Shown here one piece after another: positions 18,410-27,530 of a stretch of DNA of 64,000 bases. Numbering within the stretch: position 1 is the stretch's first letter; each line of letters opens with the position of its first letter. The position numbers and the translations under genes are program-made. Source of the DNA: Alcaligenaceae bacterium (GTDB lineage Bacteria > Pseudomonadota > Gammaproteobacteria > Burkholderiales > Burkholderiaceae_B). The notes below the pieces were generated by a model. The model was not told the DNA's origin. It was given only the letters and a program-made list of their open reading frames with translations, and did no database searches. The stretch is from positions 5,938-69,937 of the forward strand of contig CANCMG010000002.1 of NCBI GenBank assembly GCA_947378965.1, written 5' to 3'.

Positions 18410-20035
18410 ATGACCAATGCCTTGCATGACCTAACGTTAGCGCAAGCAGCAGATCTGCTGCGTACCCGTAAGCTCTCGCCACTTGAATATGTCAATCATC
18501 AAATCGCGCGTATCGAAGCGTTTGACGTTCAACTCAGTGCGTTCATTACACCGACCTTTGACTTGGCGCGCCAACAAGCGCAAGCGGCTGAGACTCAGAT
18601 CATGGCGGGTGACTATCGCGGGCCCATGCATGGCATCCCCTTTGGGGCAAAAGATATCTACGAAACAGCGGGCATTCTGACTACGGGGGGCTCGCGCACA
18701 GCGCAGCACTATGTGCCCACTAAAGATGCCGTGGTCGTCTCTAAGCTCTACGGCGCTGGTGCCGTGTTGATGGGCAAACTCAATACCCACGAATTTGCGC
18801 ATGGTGGGCCTTCACTCAATCTACCGTGGCCGCCGGTGCGCAATCCTTGGGGCCTAGATCGGTTCAGTGGCGGCTCATCGAGCGGCTCGGGGGCCGCGGT
18901 CGCAGCGGGGCTCGTGCCCGCAGCCCTAGGCACCGACACAGGGGGTTCGATTCGCGGGCCGGCTTCTCTTTGTGGCATCGCAGGCTTTATGCCTAGCTCA
19001 GGGCTAGTGAGTCGTACGGGTGTCATGCCTAATTCTTTTACGTTCGATCATTGCGGCCCCATGGCGTGGACAGTCGAAGACTGTGCGCTCATGCTGCAAG
19101 CGATCGCGGGACATGATCGGCAAGATGGCAACAGCTTTGAGCAACCGATCCAAGATTACAAATCCCAGTTAGCCGGCGGAGTCAAAGGACTGCGTATCGG
19201 TGTGCTGCGCCACTGGTGGGAAGAAGAAAACCCGGCCAATCCTGAACATCTGCAAGCACTTGATCGGGCCATCGATACGTTCAAACAGTTAGGCGCCCAC
19301 GTTTCAGACTGCCGCGTGCGTTCGATGCAAGACTACATGGATGTCAAGGTGGTCATCGCTGAGACAGAAATCTTTGCGGTGCATCAGCACAATCTCATCA
19401 GTCGTCCTGGTGATTTTGGGCACGACTTCTTGAGCCGCATCCTACCCGCCTCGCTGTTTCAATCGGTTGATTACTTGGCTGCGACACGCGAGCATCGGCG
19501 GATGATCAACGAGATGCAACCCATTTATGAAAAATTTGATTTGCTCTTAATGCCCACCTTCGGCCCAGCCAGCCCAATCTCAGCGCATCGCCCCATCACC
19601 TTTTGGCAACGTGGCAATTCACAGGTGCTAGCCAATGTCACAGGAGGCCCTGCGCTTGCTGTGTGTTGCGGCTTTAACACTGCAGGGTTACCCATGGGAT
19701 TGCAGCTTGTCGGTGCGCCACAGGCCGATGCCTTAGTCTTACGCGCCGGACATACCTATGAATTGGCAGCCGGCTTGCGTGCCAAACGCCCTGCTCTTGT
19801 TGCGGGCAATCAGGCGCCGGTACTGGCACCACAAAACTTAACACCAGACACTTCGGGGTGCGATGCTGCCACGCGCGAGCTTGCCACCCGCATGGCAAAA
19901 AATGCTGGCCTGAAGCTCAACGAGGCACAAACCGAAATCTTGCTTGAAGCTGCACCTTATGCCTTCGCGATGACTCAGCGCCTGCGAAAAAATCGAAATT
20001 GGTTCGAAGAGCCTGCCAACGTTTTCAGAACTTAA
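18410..20035 (+). CDS. amidase-signature (GatA-like) amidase with a C-terminal extension
   Basis: 541 aa with FGAKDIY (Lys) and GGSSSGSGAAVA (Ser-cisSer). About 70 extra C-terminal residues follow the core. Confidence 0.85.
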   Translation: MTNALHDLTLAQAADLLRTRKLSPLEYVNHQIARIEAFDVQLSAFITPTFDLARQQAQAAETQIMAGDYRGPMHGIPFGAKDIYETAGILTTGGSRTAQHYVPTKDAVVVSKLYGAGAVLMGKLNTHEFAHGGPSLNLPWPPVRNPWGLDRFSGGSSSGSGAAVAAGLVPAALGTDTGGSIRGPASLCGIAGFMPSSGLVSRTGVMPNSFTFDHCGPMAWTVEDCALMLQAIAGHDRQDGNSFEQPIQDYKSQLAGGVKGLRIGVLRHWWEEENPANPEHLQALDRAIDTFKQLGAHVSDCRVRSMQDYMDVKVVIAETEIFAVHQHNLISRPGDFGHDFLSRILPASLFQSVDYLAATREHRRMINEMQPIYEKFDLLLMPTFGPASPISAHRPITFWQRGNSQVLANVTGGPALAVCCGFNTAGLPMGLQLVGAPQADALVLRAGHTYELAAGLRAKRPALVAGNQAPVLAPQNLTPDTSGCDAATRELATRMAKNAGLKLNEAQTEILLEAAPYAFAMTQRLRKNRNWFEEPANVFRT

Positions 20036-20223
20036 ACCGAGCAACCGGGTATCTAATCTATAGGTTGCAGTTGTCTTGTAGGCTGAGGTTTTTGTCTGCT
20101 TCAGTCATACAACTTTCTTCAATGACGCATCTTTCGTAACCTATGTATTCACCCCCTTATTGACATAACGGTTTGATCGGTAGTTAAAAATTTCTATAAA
20201 AACTCAAGAGAAGAGACAAGTTC

Positions 20224-21093
20224 ATGATCAATCTTAAAAGCCGCCTCCAACAACCTGAAATCTTATTGGCACCCGGTGTGTATGACGCCTTGTCAGCCTT
20301 AATGGCAGAGCAAGCAGGGTTTGAGGCTGTGTATATTTCTGGTGCCTCGGTGGCATATACAACACTGGGACGTTCTGATGTGGGCCTCACCACATTTACC
20401 GAGGTCAATGAAAAAATCGTACAGATGCGTGATCGCATCAGCTTACCCATCATTGTGGATGCGGACACGGGCTTTGGTAACGCCTTAAATACCGAGCGTA
20501 CCGTGCGCGGCTTTGAGCGTAATGGCGCCAATATCATTCAGCTTGAGGATCAAAGTTTTCCGAAGCGTTGTGGTCATCTTGATGGCAAAACGGTCGTCTC
20601 GACTGCCGAAATGGTGGGCAAGATCAAAGCGGCCGTCAACTCGCGCCACAGCGCTGATACCTTGATCATGGCACGCACCGATGCCGTCGCCGTTGAAGGG
20701 TTTGAACAAGCGCTCGAGCGGGCTGAACATTATCTGGCAGCGGGTGCAGATATTTTATTCATCGAAGCTGTGCGTAGCGATGAACAGATGCGTATCGTCA
20801 ACGACCGCTTTAAAGGCCGCGCACCTTTGCTCGCGAATATGGTCGAGGGCGGGAAAACGCCGGTTAAGTCAACCGCTGTGTTGCAAGAGCTGGGCTACTC
20901 AATTGCCATCTTCCCAGGCGGTACGGTACGTTCAGTGGCGATGACGTTGCAGGCGTACTTTGCAGAATTGAAAGCCACGGGCAGCACAGACGGCTTTCGC
21001 GACAAGATGTTTAATTTTGATGGCTTAAATAGTTTGATTGGTACGCCTGAATTACTTGCACGCGGCAAGCGTTACGAGTCAGGTGGCGAGTAG
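20224..21093 (+). CDS. isocitrate lyase / PEP mutase superfamily enzyme (methylisocitrate-lyase / oxaloacetate-decarboxylase-like)
   Basis: 289 aa with LLAPGVYDALSA, IIVDADTGFGN and EDQSFPKRCGHLDGK (KRCGH loop). Confidence 0.8.
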   Translation: MINLKSRLQQPEILLAPGVYDALSALMAEQAGFEAVYISGASVAYTTLGRSDVGLTTFTEVNEKIVQMRDRISLPIIVDADTGFGNALNTERTVRGFERNGANIIQLEDQSFPKRCGHLDGKTVVSTAEMVGKIKAAVNSRHSADTLIMARTDAVAVEGFEQALERAEHYLAAGADILFIEAVRSDEQMRIVNDRFKGRAPLLANMVEGGKTPVKSTAVLQELGYSIAIFPGGTVRSVAMTLQAYFAELKATGSTDGFRDKMFNFDGLNSLIGTPELLARGKRYESGGE

Positions 21094-21267
21094 CACCAAA
21101 GAACGTGCCGACACAATTGTCGCTATGATTTCGAGCCGGCACTCGATCGCACGGCTAGAGAAGAGGCGTTTTTTACGCAAGTAAAATGCTCGATATCTGA
21201 AGCGTTATCACACCTAAGTCGTCAACCGTATTCACAAATTAATTTTGAACTTTGACTGGAAACCTGC

Positions 21268-22332
21268 ATGAAAACGTATCGCATCGCCACGATCCCCGGT
21301 GACGGCATTGGTAAAGAAGTTGTCCCTGAAGGACAAAAAGTGCTTGAAGCACTTGCACGTCAAAACCCTGCATTGAAATTCGAGTTCGAAAATTTTGATT
21401 GGGGTGGCGACTACTATCGCAAGCACGGCATGATGATGCCTGAAAATGGTCTCGACCCTTTACGCAATAAAGATGCGATTTTGTTTGGCTCGGCTGGCGA
21501 CCCGCATATCCCTGATCACATCACGCTGTGGGGATTGCGCTTAAAAATCTGCCAGGGCTTTGACCAATACGCGAACGTTCGCCCCACCCGTATCTTGCCC
21601 GGCATTGATGCCCCGCTTAAGCGCTGCACGCCAGCTCAACTCGATTGGGTCATCGTTCGAGAAAATTCAGAAGGTGAATACTCGGGGGTGGGTGGTCGTG
21701 CGCATCAAGGTCACCCGATCGAAGTCGCAACCGATGTCAGCATGATGACGCGCGCTGGTGTCGAGCGCATCATGCGCTACGCGTTCAAATTGGCGCAATC
21801 ACGGCCACGCAAATTACTAACTGTAGTGACCAAATCAAACGCACAGCGCCACGCCATGGTGATGTGGGATGAAATTGCGGTACAGATTTCTAAAGAATTT
21901 CCGGACGTGACATGGGATAAAGAGTTGGTAGATGCCGCTACTGCGCGGATGGTGAACCGGCCCGCCACGCTTGATACGCTTGTGGCCACCAACTTGCACG
22001 CCGATATTTTGAGCGATCTCGCCGCGGCGTTAGCAGGTAGTCTGGGCATCGCGCCAACTGGCAATATCGATCCCGAGCGTCGCTATCCATCGATGTTTGA
22101 ACCCATCCATGGTTCGGCCTTTGACATCATGGGCAAAGGGCTAGCAAACCCCATCGGGACCTTTTGGTCGGTGGTGATGCTGCTTGAACATTTGGGTGAA
22201 CAGGCCGCAGCCGATCGGTTGATGGCTGCGATCGAAGCGGTGACCGCCAACCCACGACTGCACACGCGTGATTTAGGCGGCTTAGCCACCACTGCGCAAG
22301 TGACCGCAGCAGTGTGCGAAAAAATCGCCTAA
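21268..22332 (+). CDS. tartrate dehydrogenase/decarboxylase - D-malate dehydrogenase family (isopropylmalate dehydrogenase fold)
   Basis: 354 aa. YRIATIPGDGIGKEV and the later NLHADILSDLAAALAGSLG segment are typical of the family. Confidence 0.8.
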   Translation: MKTYRIATIPGDGIGKEVVPEGQKVLEALARQNPALKFEFENFDWGGDYYRKHGMMMPENGLDPLRNKDAILFGSAGDPHIPDHITLWGLRLKICQGFDQYANVRPTRILPGIDAPLKRCTPAQLDWVIVRENSEGEYSGVGGRAHQGHPIEVATDVSMMTRAGVERIMRYAFKLAQSRPRKLLTVVTKSNAQRHAMVMWDEIAVQISKEFPDVTWDKELVDAATARMVNRPATLDTLVATNLHADILSDLAAALAGSLGIAPTGNIDPERRYPSMFEPIHGSAFDIMGKGLANPIGTFWSVVMLLEHLGEQAAADRLMAAIEAVTANPRLHTRDLGGLATTAQVTAAVCEKIA

Positions 22333-22334
22333 CC

Positions 22335-23168
22335 TTACTGCGTGGGCTGAATCTGTTGAAGTTCAGCCACGCGCTTAGCCACTAGCATCGACCACTTGTT
22401 AAAGGCAGCCTTGGCATAGCCCCACGACTGAAACGAACTCATGTACCCGTTTGCCCAAGTCTGGGCCGCCTGCGCAGCACCAACGTTCAGTTCTGCAGCA
22501 TATTTACGACCAATCTCGGTATCGCGACACTCAGCCAATACCGCGCCAGTCGTACCATCGCGAAATTGCATCTCCATACCGGTTTCACCTAAGTACGGCG
22601 TTGAACCAGCGGGTCGCCCGGTAGCCTTGCCTGAACTTGCCTCTGCAATAAACGCATAGGGGATCAGGGTGCCCGCAACGCTTCCTGGCACAGAGGTTGG
22701 CACTAAATCAGTCAGGGCAATCCGCAGCACCACCACTCCGGCTCCAGCCTGCGCAACAACCGGTATCTGAGGTTTAAGCGAGTCTTGAAGGGTTTGATGG
22801 AAGTAATCAGTCAACTGCTTCAAATCGGCCGGATCAACCGTTGGCACTTTGCCGTCTTTTGAATCTTTGGGTGCAGCCAAGGACACGACGATCGGCGTAA
22901 TCTGGATTTTTTTATATTTTTTTGGATCAAAGCGAGTATCGCGCCAACACTCGATGCCTTCCATTTCAGCCACCGGTTTGAGCTTAGCGTAATTGGTTAA
23001 AAATCCGCTTTGCGTCAAACGAGCCGAATCAATCGCAGTGACGTTCTCGCCGGTACCGAGCGCGGCCTCGTAAGTTTGACAGCCACTGAGCCCGCCCGCA
23101 ACAAGCGCACACAAACTCGCACCCACAACCAACCGAGTACGCAAGAATAACTGCTTTGCTTGAATCAT
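22335..23168 (-). CDS. lipoprotein, DUF3313-like
   Basis: 277 aa with lipobox LSGC after a hydrophobic leader. QSGFLTNYAKLKP resembles the DUF3313 N-terminal motif as I recall it. It starts immediately after the dctM stop. Confidence 0.55.
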   Translation of the reverse strand: MIQAKQLFLRTRLVVGASLCALVAGGLSGCQTYEAALGTGENVTAIDSARLTQSGFLTNYAKLKPVAEMEGIECWRDTRFDPKKYKKIQITPIVVSLAAPKDSKDGKVPTVDPADLKQLTDYFHQTLQDSLKPQIPVVAQAGAGVVVLRIALTDLVPTSVPGSVAGTLIPYAFIAEASSGKATGRPAGSTPYLGETGMEMQFRDGTTGAVLAECRDTEIGRKYAAELNVGAAQAAQTWANGYMSSFQSWGYAKAAFNKWSMLVAKRVAELQQIQPTQ

Positions 23169-24479
23169 CTACTTCGCCTTTCCCATAACATAATCCGGCA
23201 ACACCGTCACCACCTCAGGAAAAATCGTGATGATGACGATACAAATCACTAAACAAATAAAAAATGGGATCGCTGCGCGCGCGATCGTATTGCTGTCTTT
23301 GCCCGTCATGTTTTGCAACACGAATAAGTTAAATCCAACGGGTGGCGTCACCTCGGCGATCTCAACCAACAAAACTATAAAGATGCCAAACCAAATCAGA
23401 TCAAAACCGGCTTTTTGAATCATCGGTAACACCACCGCAGCCGTCAGCACAATCATACTGATGCCATCGAGCGCAGTGCCTAAAATCAAATACACCACAA
23501 CCAGACAACCGATTAACGCATAGGGCGATAATTGCATGGCATTGACCCATTCGGCCAACTCGCGAGGCACGCCGGTAAACGCCATTGTTTTCGTCAAAAA
23601 CGCGGCCCCAGCCAGAATGATCATGATCATGCAGCTGGTGCGCGTCGTGCCCATCAGGCCTTCCCAGAAGTTTTTCCAGGTCAACGAACGGCTGTAGGCT
23701 GCAATCACCAACGAGCCAAAGACCCCATAAGCCGCGCATTCGGTTGCTGTGGCGTAACCGGCTACCAACACCCAAACGATAAAGATGATCAAAAGCCCGC
23801 AAGGGATGAGGTTGCCGCTTTTACGCACTTTTTCAAGAAAACTTGAGGGGGGATCAGCCGCTGGAACTTTTGATGGATTACGAATCGACCACAACGCGAT
23901 GTAGCCCATAAACAGTGCCATCAAAATCGCTGAGGGGATAAAGCCGGCAAGAAAGATCCGAATAATCGAGGCGTCGGCAGCGACGGCATACACCACCATC
24001 GTGATCGAAGGTGGGATCAAAATGCCCAAGGTACCTGAAGTGGCCAACGCGCCTAGCGCAAGACTTTCGTCGTAACCGCGTTTTTTCAGCTCAGGCAACG
24101 CCACTTTTGCAATCGTGGCACAGGTAGCCGCTGACGAACCACTCACTGAACCGAAGATGCCACAACCCAATACCGTCGTGTGCATCAGGCGACCTGGCAC
24201 ACGATTGAGCCAAGGGCGCAGGCCCTCAAACATTTCTTCGCTTAACTTGGTTCTGAAAAGAATTTCACCCATCCAAATGAATAAGGGTAAGGCCGCAAGC
24301 TCCCAGGACGCATTGGTTTCCCAAAAGGCTGAGAACAAATTTTTACCGGGTTGCGTGTTGACAAAAAAAGCTTGCCCGACCCAACCGCAAATGGCGAGCG
24401 TCATGGCGATCCAGATGCCGCCAGATAAAAACAACAACATGATGATCAGTAAAAACAGACCGATTCCAAGCGTTTCCAT
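23169..24479 (-). CDS. dctM: TRAP transporter large permease
   Basis: 436 aa polytopic membrane protein with typical DctM composition and length, lying next to dctQ and dctP. Confidence 0.9.
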   Translation of the reverse strand: METLGIGLFLLIIMLLFLSGGIWIAMTLAICGWVGQAFFVNTQPGKNLFSAFWETNASWELAALPLFIWMGEILFRTKLSEEMFEGLRPWLNRVPGRLMHTTVLGCGIFGSVSGSSAATCATIAKVALPELKKRGYDESLALGALATSGTLGILIPPSITMVVYAVAADASIIRIFLAGFIPSAILMALFMGYIALWSIRNPSKVPAADPPSSFLEKVRKSGNLIPCGLLIIFIVWVLVAGYATATECAAYGVFGSLVIAAYSRSLTWKNFWEGLMGTTRTSCMIMIILAGAAFLTKTMAFTGVPRELAEWVNAMQLSPYALIGCLVVVYLILGTALDGISMIVLTAAVVLPMIQKAGFDLIWFGIFIVLLVEIAEVTPPVGFNLFVLQNMTGKDSNTIARAAIPFFICLVICIVIITIFPEVVTVLPDYVMGKAK

Positions 24480-24649
24480 AAAGTATCTCTAAAAATTGCA
24501 GACTAAGCGTCGAAAAAATAACCGCCTCTTAGCCGAGGGCGTAAAGCTTTCTGAAGGGGCAGACATTGCGCGCGCGACCGCTAACTTCAGAGCCACTACG
24601 CACGCGACCTCTACCTTCAGAGCAACGCGCGACTCGCGCGAAAGCTCTT

Positions 24650-25183
24650 TTAGACATCAGCAGAAAAGTCACCCTTCGCGTGCCGCTCTTCAACAGCCAC
24701 AACGTAGGTTGGGCGATTGCCGCGAGCGACAATCACTAGTTCATCAACAACCGCGATAAAAAATAACCACGCACCAATCAGAAAAGACATTTGCGGAATC
24801 CACATCGGCATGGGCAAGAGCCCGCCAGCAACGTCTTTAAAGACATAACTTTCGTACGTGAACAAGGTCGCTGACCAAGCCAGATACCCAACCGCAACTG
24901 CGGCACAAGCAAGTGACACCAGTTCGAAACGGTGACGCGGCTTAGGTGCAAGTTTTTCAAGGAGCAAGGTGACTCGCACGAAATCGCCGTGCTTGAAGGC
25001 GTGCGCCATGGCCAAAAACGCAGCCGCTGCACACAGCCAAGCCACGACGTCATTGACGGCACCCGTCTTGATACCGAACTCGCGCAGCACGCTTTGCCCG
25101 ATCATTAGGGCGCAAATCGCGCATACGCAAAGAGCGGCAATGCCGCCCGCCACGAGGTACAACGTATCAAGAAACTTTCTCAT
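24650..25183 (-). CDS. dctQ: TRAP transporter small permease
   Basis: 177 aa with four hydrophobic segments, located between dctP and dctM. Confidence 0.85.
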   Translation of the reverse strand: MRKFLDTLYLVAGGIAALCVCAICALMIGQSVLREFGIKTGAVNDVVAWLCAAAAFLAMAHAFKHGDFVRVTLLLEKLAPKPRHRFELVSLACAAVAVGYLAWSATLFTYESYVFKDVAGGLLPMPMWIPQMSFLIGAWLFFIAVVDELVIVARGNRPTYVVAVEERHAKGDFSADV

Positions 25184-25220
25184 GGGGCGACATCACTTTG
25201 GTCTAAAGAATCAAAAAAAA

Positions 25221-26213
25221 TTACTTAGCAGGAACAAGTTTGCGATAGTCTGCAATCATGGCTGTTCCTTGGGCGCCGGCTTTCTTTTCCCAGTCTGCTG
25301 CCATGGTTGCGCCGATCTTGTTGAACTCAGACAAGAACGTGGCAGACGGTGGTGTCACAGTCATCCCGTTATCAGCCAAGACTTTTTTCAACACCGCTTC
25401 TTTTTCTTCGCTGATTTTCCAGCCGCGTGTTTGCGCTTCAGCAGCCACTTTTGTAACAGCCTCTTGAGTCGCTTTGTCTAACGCGTTGAACGCTTTCAAG
25501 CTCACAATGACGGCATTTTTCGGAATCCAAGCCTGAAATTCATAGAAGTACTTCATGCTCTCGTAGGTTTTGGTGTCAACACCTGTCGCGCTTGACGACA
25601 AATAACTTTCAACCACACCAGTGGCAAGTGCCTGACTCAGTTCAGCGGATTGAATCGTGACCGGAACCATGTTCATTTGTTCAGCCAGGCGAGCGGTAAT
25701 GGGCGAATACGAACGCCATTTCAAGCCTTTCATCTCAGCGACTGCCGTCACAGGTTTTTTGGTGTAAATACCTTGAGGCTGCCAAGGTACCGTATACAAG
25801 ATCTTCATGCCCTGCCCTTCAAGGTACTTGTCAAGCGCCGGACGCTGAACTGCCTCGAGCTTTGCAGCATCGGCATAGCTGCCGACCAACGAGGGTAGGC
25901 CATCCATTCCGAACAGTGGGCTTTCATTTTCGTAGTTGACCAACAGAATCTCGCCCAACTGTGCCTGACCACCCTGCACGGCCCGTTTGATTTCGGGGGC
26001 TTTAAAAAGCGAGGCATTAGCATGCACAACAATCTTAAGCTTGCCCGCGGTGGCTGTATCCACTTGCTTGGCAAAGTATTCGAGGTTTTCAGTGTGGAAA
26101 TTGCCTGGCGCATAGGCCGATGGCAAATCCCATTTAGTTTGTGCCTGAGCCAAGCTGGTCAAACCAACACAGGCCAAGGCAGCGGCCAAGCGAATAAGAG
26201 GTAAGCGGGACAT
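25221..26213 (-). CDS. dctP: TRAP transporter substrate-binding protein
   Basis: The ORF track starts at 26330. I prefer ATG 26213 (MSRLPLIRLAAALACVGLTSLAQAQ signal peptide), which is preceded by AGGAGA. Confidence 0.85.
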   Translation of the reverse strand: MSRLPLIRLAAALACVGLTSLAQAQTKWDLPSAYAPGNFHTENLEYFAKQVDTATAGKLKIVVHANASLFKAPEIKRAVQGGQAQLGEILLVNYENESPLFGMDGLPSLVGSYADAAKLEAVQRPALDKYLEGQGMKILYTVPWQPQGIYTKKPVTAVAEMKGLKWRSYSPITARLAEQMNMVPVTIQSAELSQALATGVVESYLSSSATGVDTKTYESMKYFYEFQAWIPKNAVIVSLKAFNALDKATQEAVTKVAAEAQTRGWKISEEKEAVLKKVLADNGMTVTPPSATFLSEFNKIGATMAADWEKKAGAQGTAMIADYRKLVPAK

Positions 26214-26351
26214 GATGTCTCCTGTCGATGAATGAAAGTAAAAAGGACAACTTGAGGCACAAAGGACTGGCATCATACCGAGCGGCGTAGACCACACCTG
26301 CGGCACTGCACCATCTCGAATGGCAATCATAGTAACGAAGAAGTAAGATCA

Positions 26352-27089
26352 GTGGTCAAAAGTGGTCAAAAAAACTTAAAAAAACCTTGGAGAGCGATCT
26401 TGAATGCACGCTACGAATTACTGCTGAAAGGAAATAGTCTGAGCTTTAAAGGGGGCTTTTTTGGGCTCTGCAACGTGGCTTTGCTAACCGCCGCCGATGG
26501 CACGCGGATTCTGTTCGATACCGGCCACTATTGCGTACGCAAAGCTTTATTGGCAGGCCTCAAAGAGCGCGGCCTCGCCCCCACGGATATCGACTTTGTC
26601 TTTTTATCGCATCTGCATTTTGACCATTGTCAAAATTTGGACTTGTTTAAGGGGGTCAAAGTTTGCGTCAGCGAAACCGAACTCGCCTACGCACGCAACC
26701 CGCACCCAGATGACTTATTCGTGCCCTGGAAAATTCATGAACTGCTCGCCGAGTTCGATGTCAGGGTATTACCTAAGCGCGGTGAACTTGTGCCCGGCGT
26801 CCAGCACTTTGAGGTGCCTGGGCACACCACAGGTTCGCAAGCGCTACGCTTTACCCAGGCCGACGGGCGCCGAGTGGTCTTAGCCGGCGATGCGGTCAAA
26901 TATCCTAAAGAGGTACTAGCCCAAATGAGCGACATGTGTTTTGCCTCACCAGAAGAGTCAAAGCGCTCGATTGCCGAAATCTGCGAAGGGACGGATGTGA
27001 TTGTGCCGGGACACTTTCCTGAAATTTTCAGACGCAACGGCGGCTGGATTTGGGATGAGCCACCGACGATCGAACTGATTTTGCGCTGA
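26352..27089 (+). CDS. MBL-fold metallo-hydrolase
   Basis: HxHxDH motif FLSHLHFDHCQN. The start is uncertain: the track uses GTG 26352, but TTG 26400 is preceded by GGAGAG. Confidence 0.75.
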   Translation: MVKSGQKNLKKPWRAILNARYELLLKGNSLSFKGGFFGLCNVALLTAADGTRILFDTGHYCVRKALLAGLKERGLAPTDIDFVFLSHLHFDHCQNLDLFKGVKVCVSETELAYARNPHPDDLFVPWKIHELLAEFDVRVLPKRGELVPGVQHFEVPGHTTGSQALRFTQADGRRVVLAGDAVKYPKEVLAQMSDMCFASPEESKRSIAEICEGTDVIVPGHFPEIFRRNGGWIWDEPPTIELILR

Positions 27090-27271
27090 GCAATGTCCAA
27101 TAAGAGAGTCGCAGATAATCTGCGAAGTCGCCGATGATCTGCACGCTTAGACGGCTCCGAAACGCTTCAAGCTTCCCTTTAAAGATCAGGATTTCCCTAG
27201 GTTTCGCTCAAAACAGCCATCTATTTAAAAATAATTCGTACATTCCTGATTTTTTTTAGGTATATTTAAAG

Positions 27272-27416
27272 TTCGATGGGGAGTAGCTCCAGTTCTTTGT
27301 GATCCGGTTCGAATTTAATCTCACAAAGGGCACGTCAAGTCGTCATTACGAAGCGAAAGCTTCCGGCTTGTCGGGCATATAACTGAACCACAACAAGCCG
27401 AGCAAGACCTTCGATC
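27272..27416 (+). promoter_or_regulatory. yybP-ykoY class Mn2+ riboswitch
   Basis: Conserved blocks appear in the right order: GAUGGGGAGUAGC ... GUCGUCAUUACGAAGC-GAAA-GCUUCCGGCUUGUCGGGCAUA ... GAGCAAGACCUUCGAUC. The two ends pair as P1. It matches the L. lactis/X. oryzae riboswitch sequences as I recall them, and it sits 115 nt upstream of a TerC-family gene, a classic regulated target. A TATATT -10-like hexamer at 27261 would place the transcript start at the riboswitch 5' end. Confidence 0.88.
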
Positions 27417-27530
27417 AGTGGCCTAACAAGGTGTGTGTTGTCAATGGCGTTTCGTTGATTTTTCAACTTTCGACTTTGCCTTGCATATCTGGTTTGGGTT
27501 TTGATTGATTGTCTTTTTAAGGCTTGAACT

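Noticed and set aside
24969-25481. 170-aa + strand ORF spanning the dctQ/dctP junction
   Set aside because: It is antisense to two well-supported TRAP genes and crosses their intergenic gap.
27296-27312. GGTTCGAAT (T-loop-like) sequence here, and GGATTCGAAT at about 28761, as hints of tRNA genes
   Set aside because: The flanking bases do not form T-arm, acceptor or anticodon stems. The first lies inside a variable stem of the Mn riboswitch.
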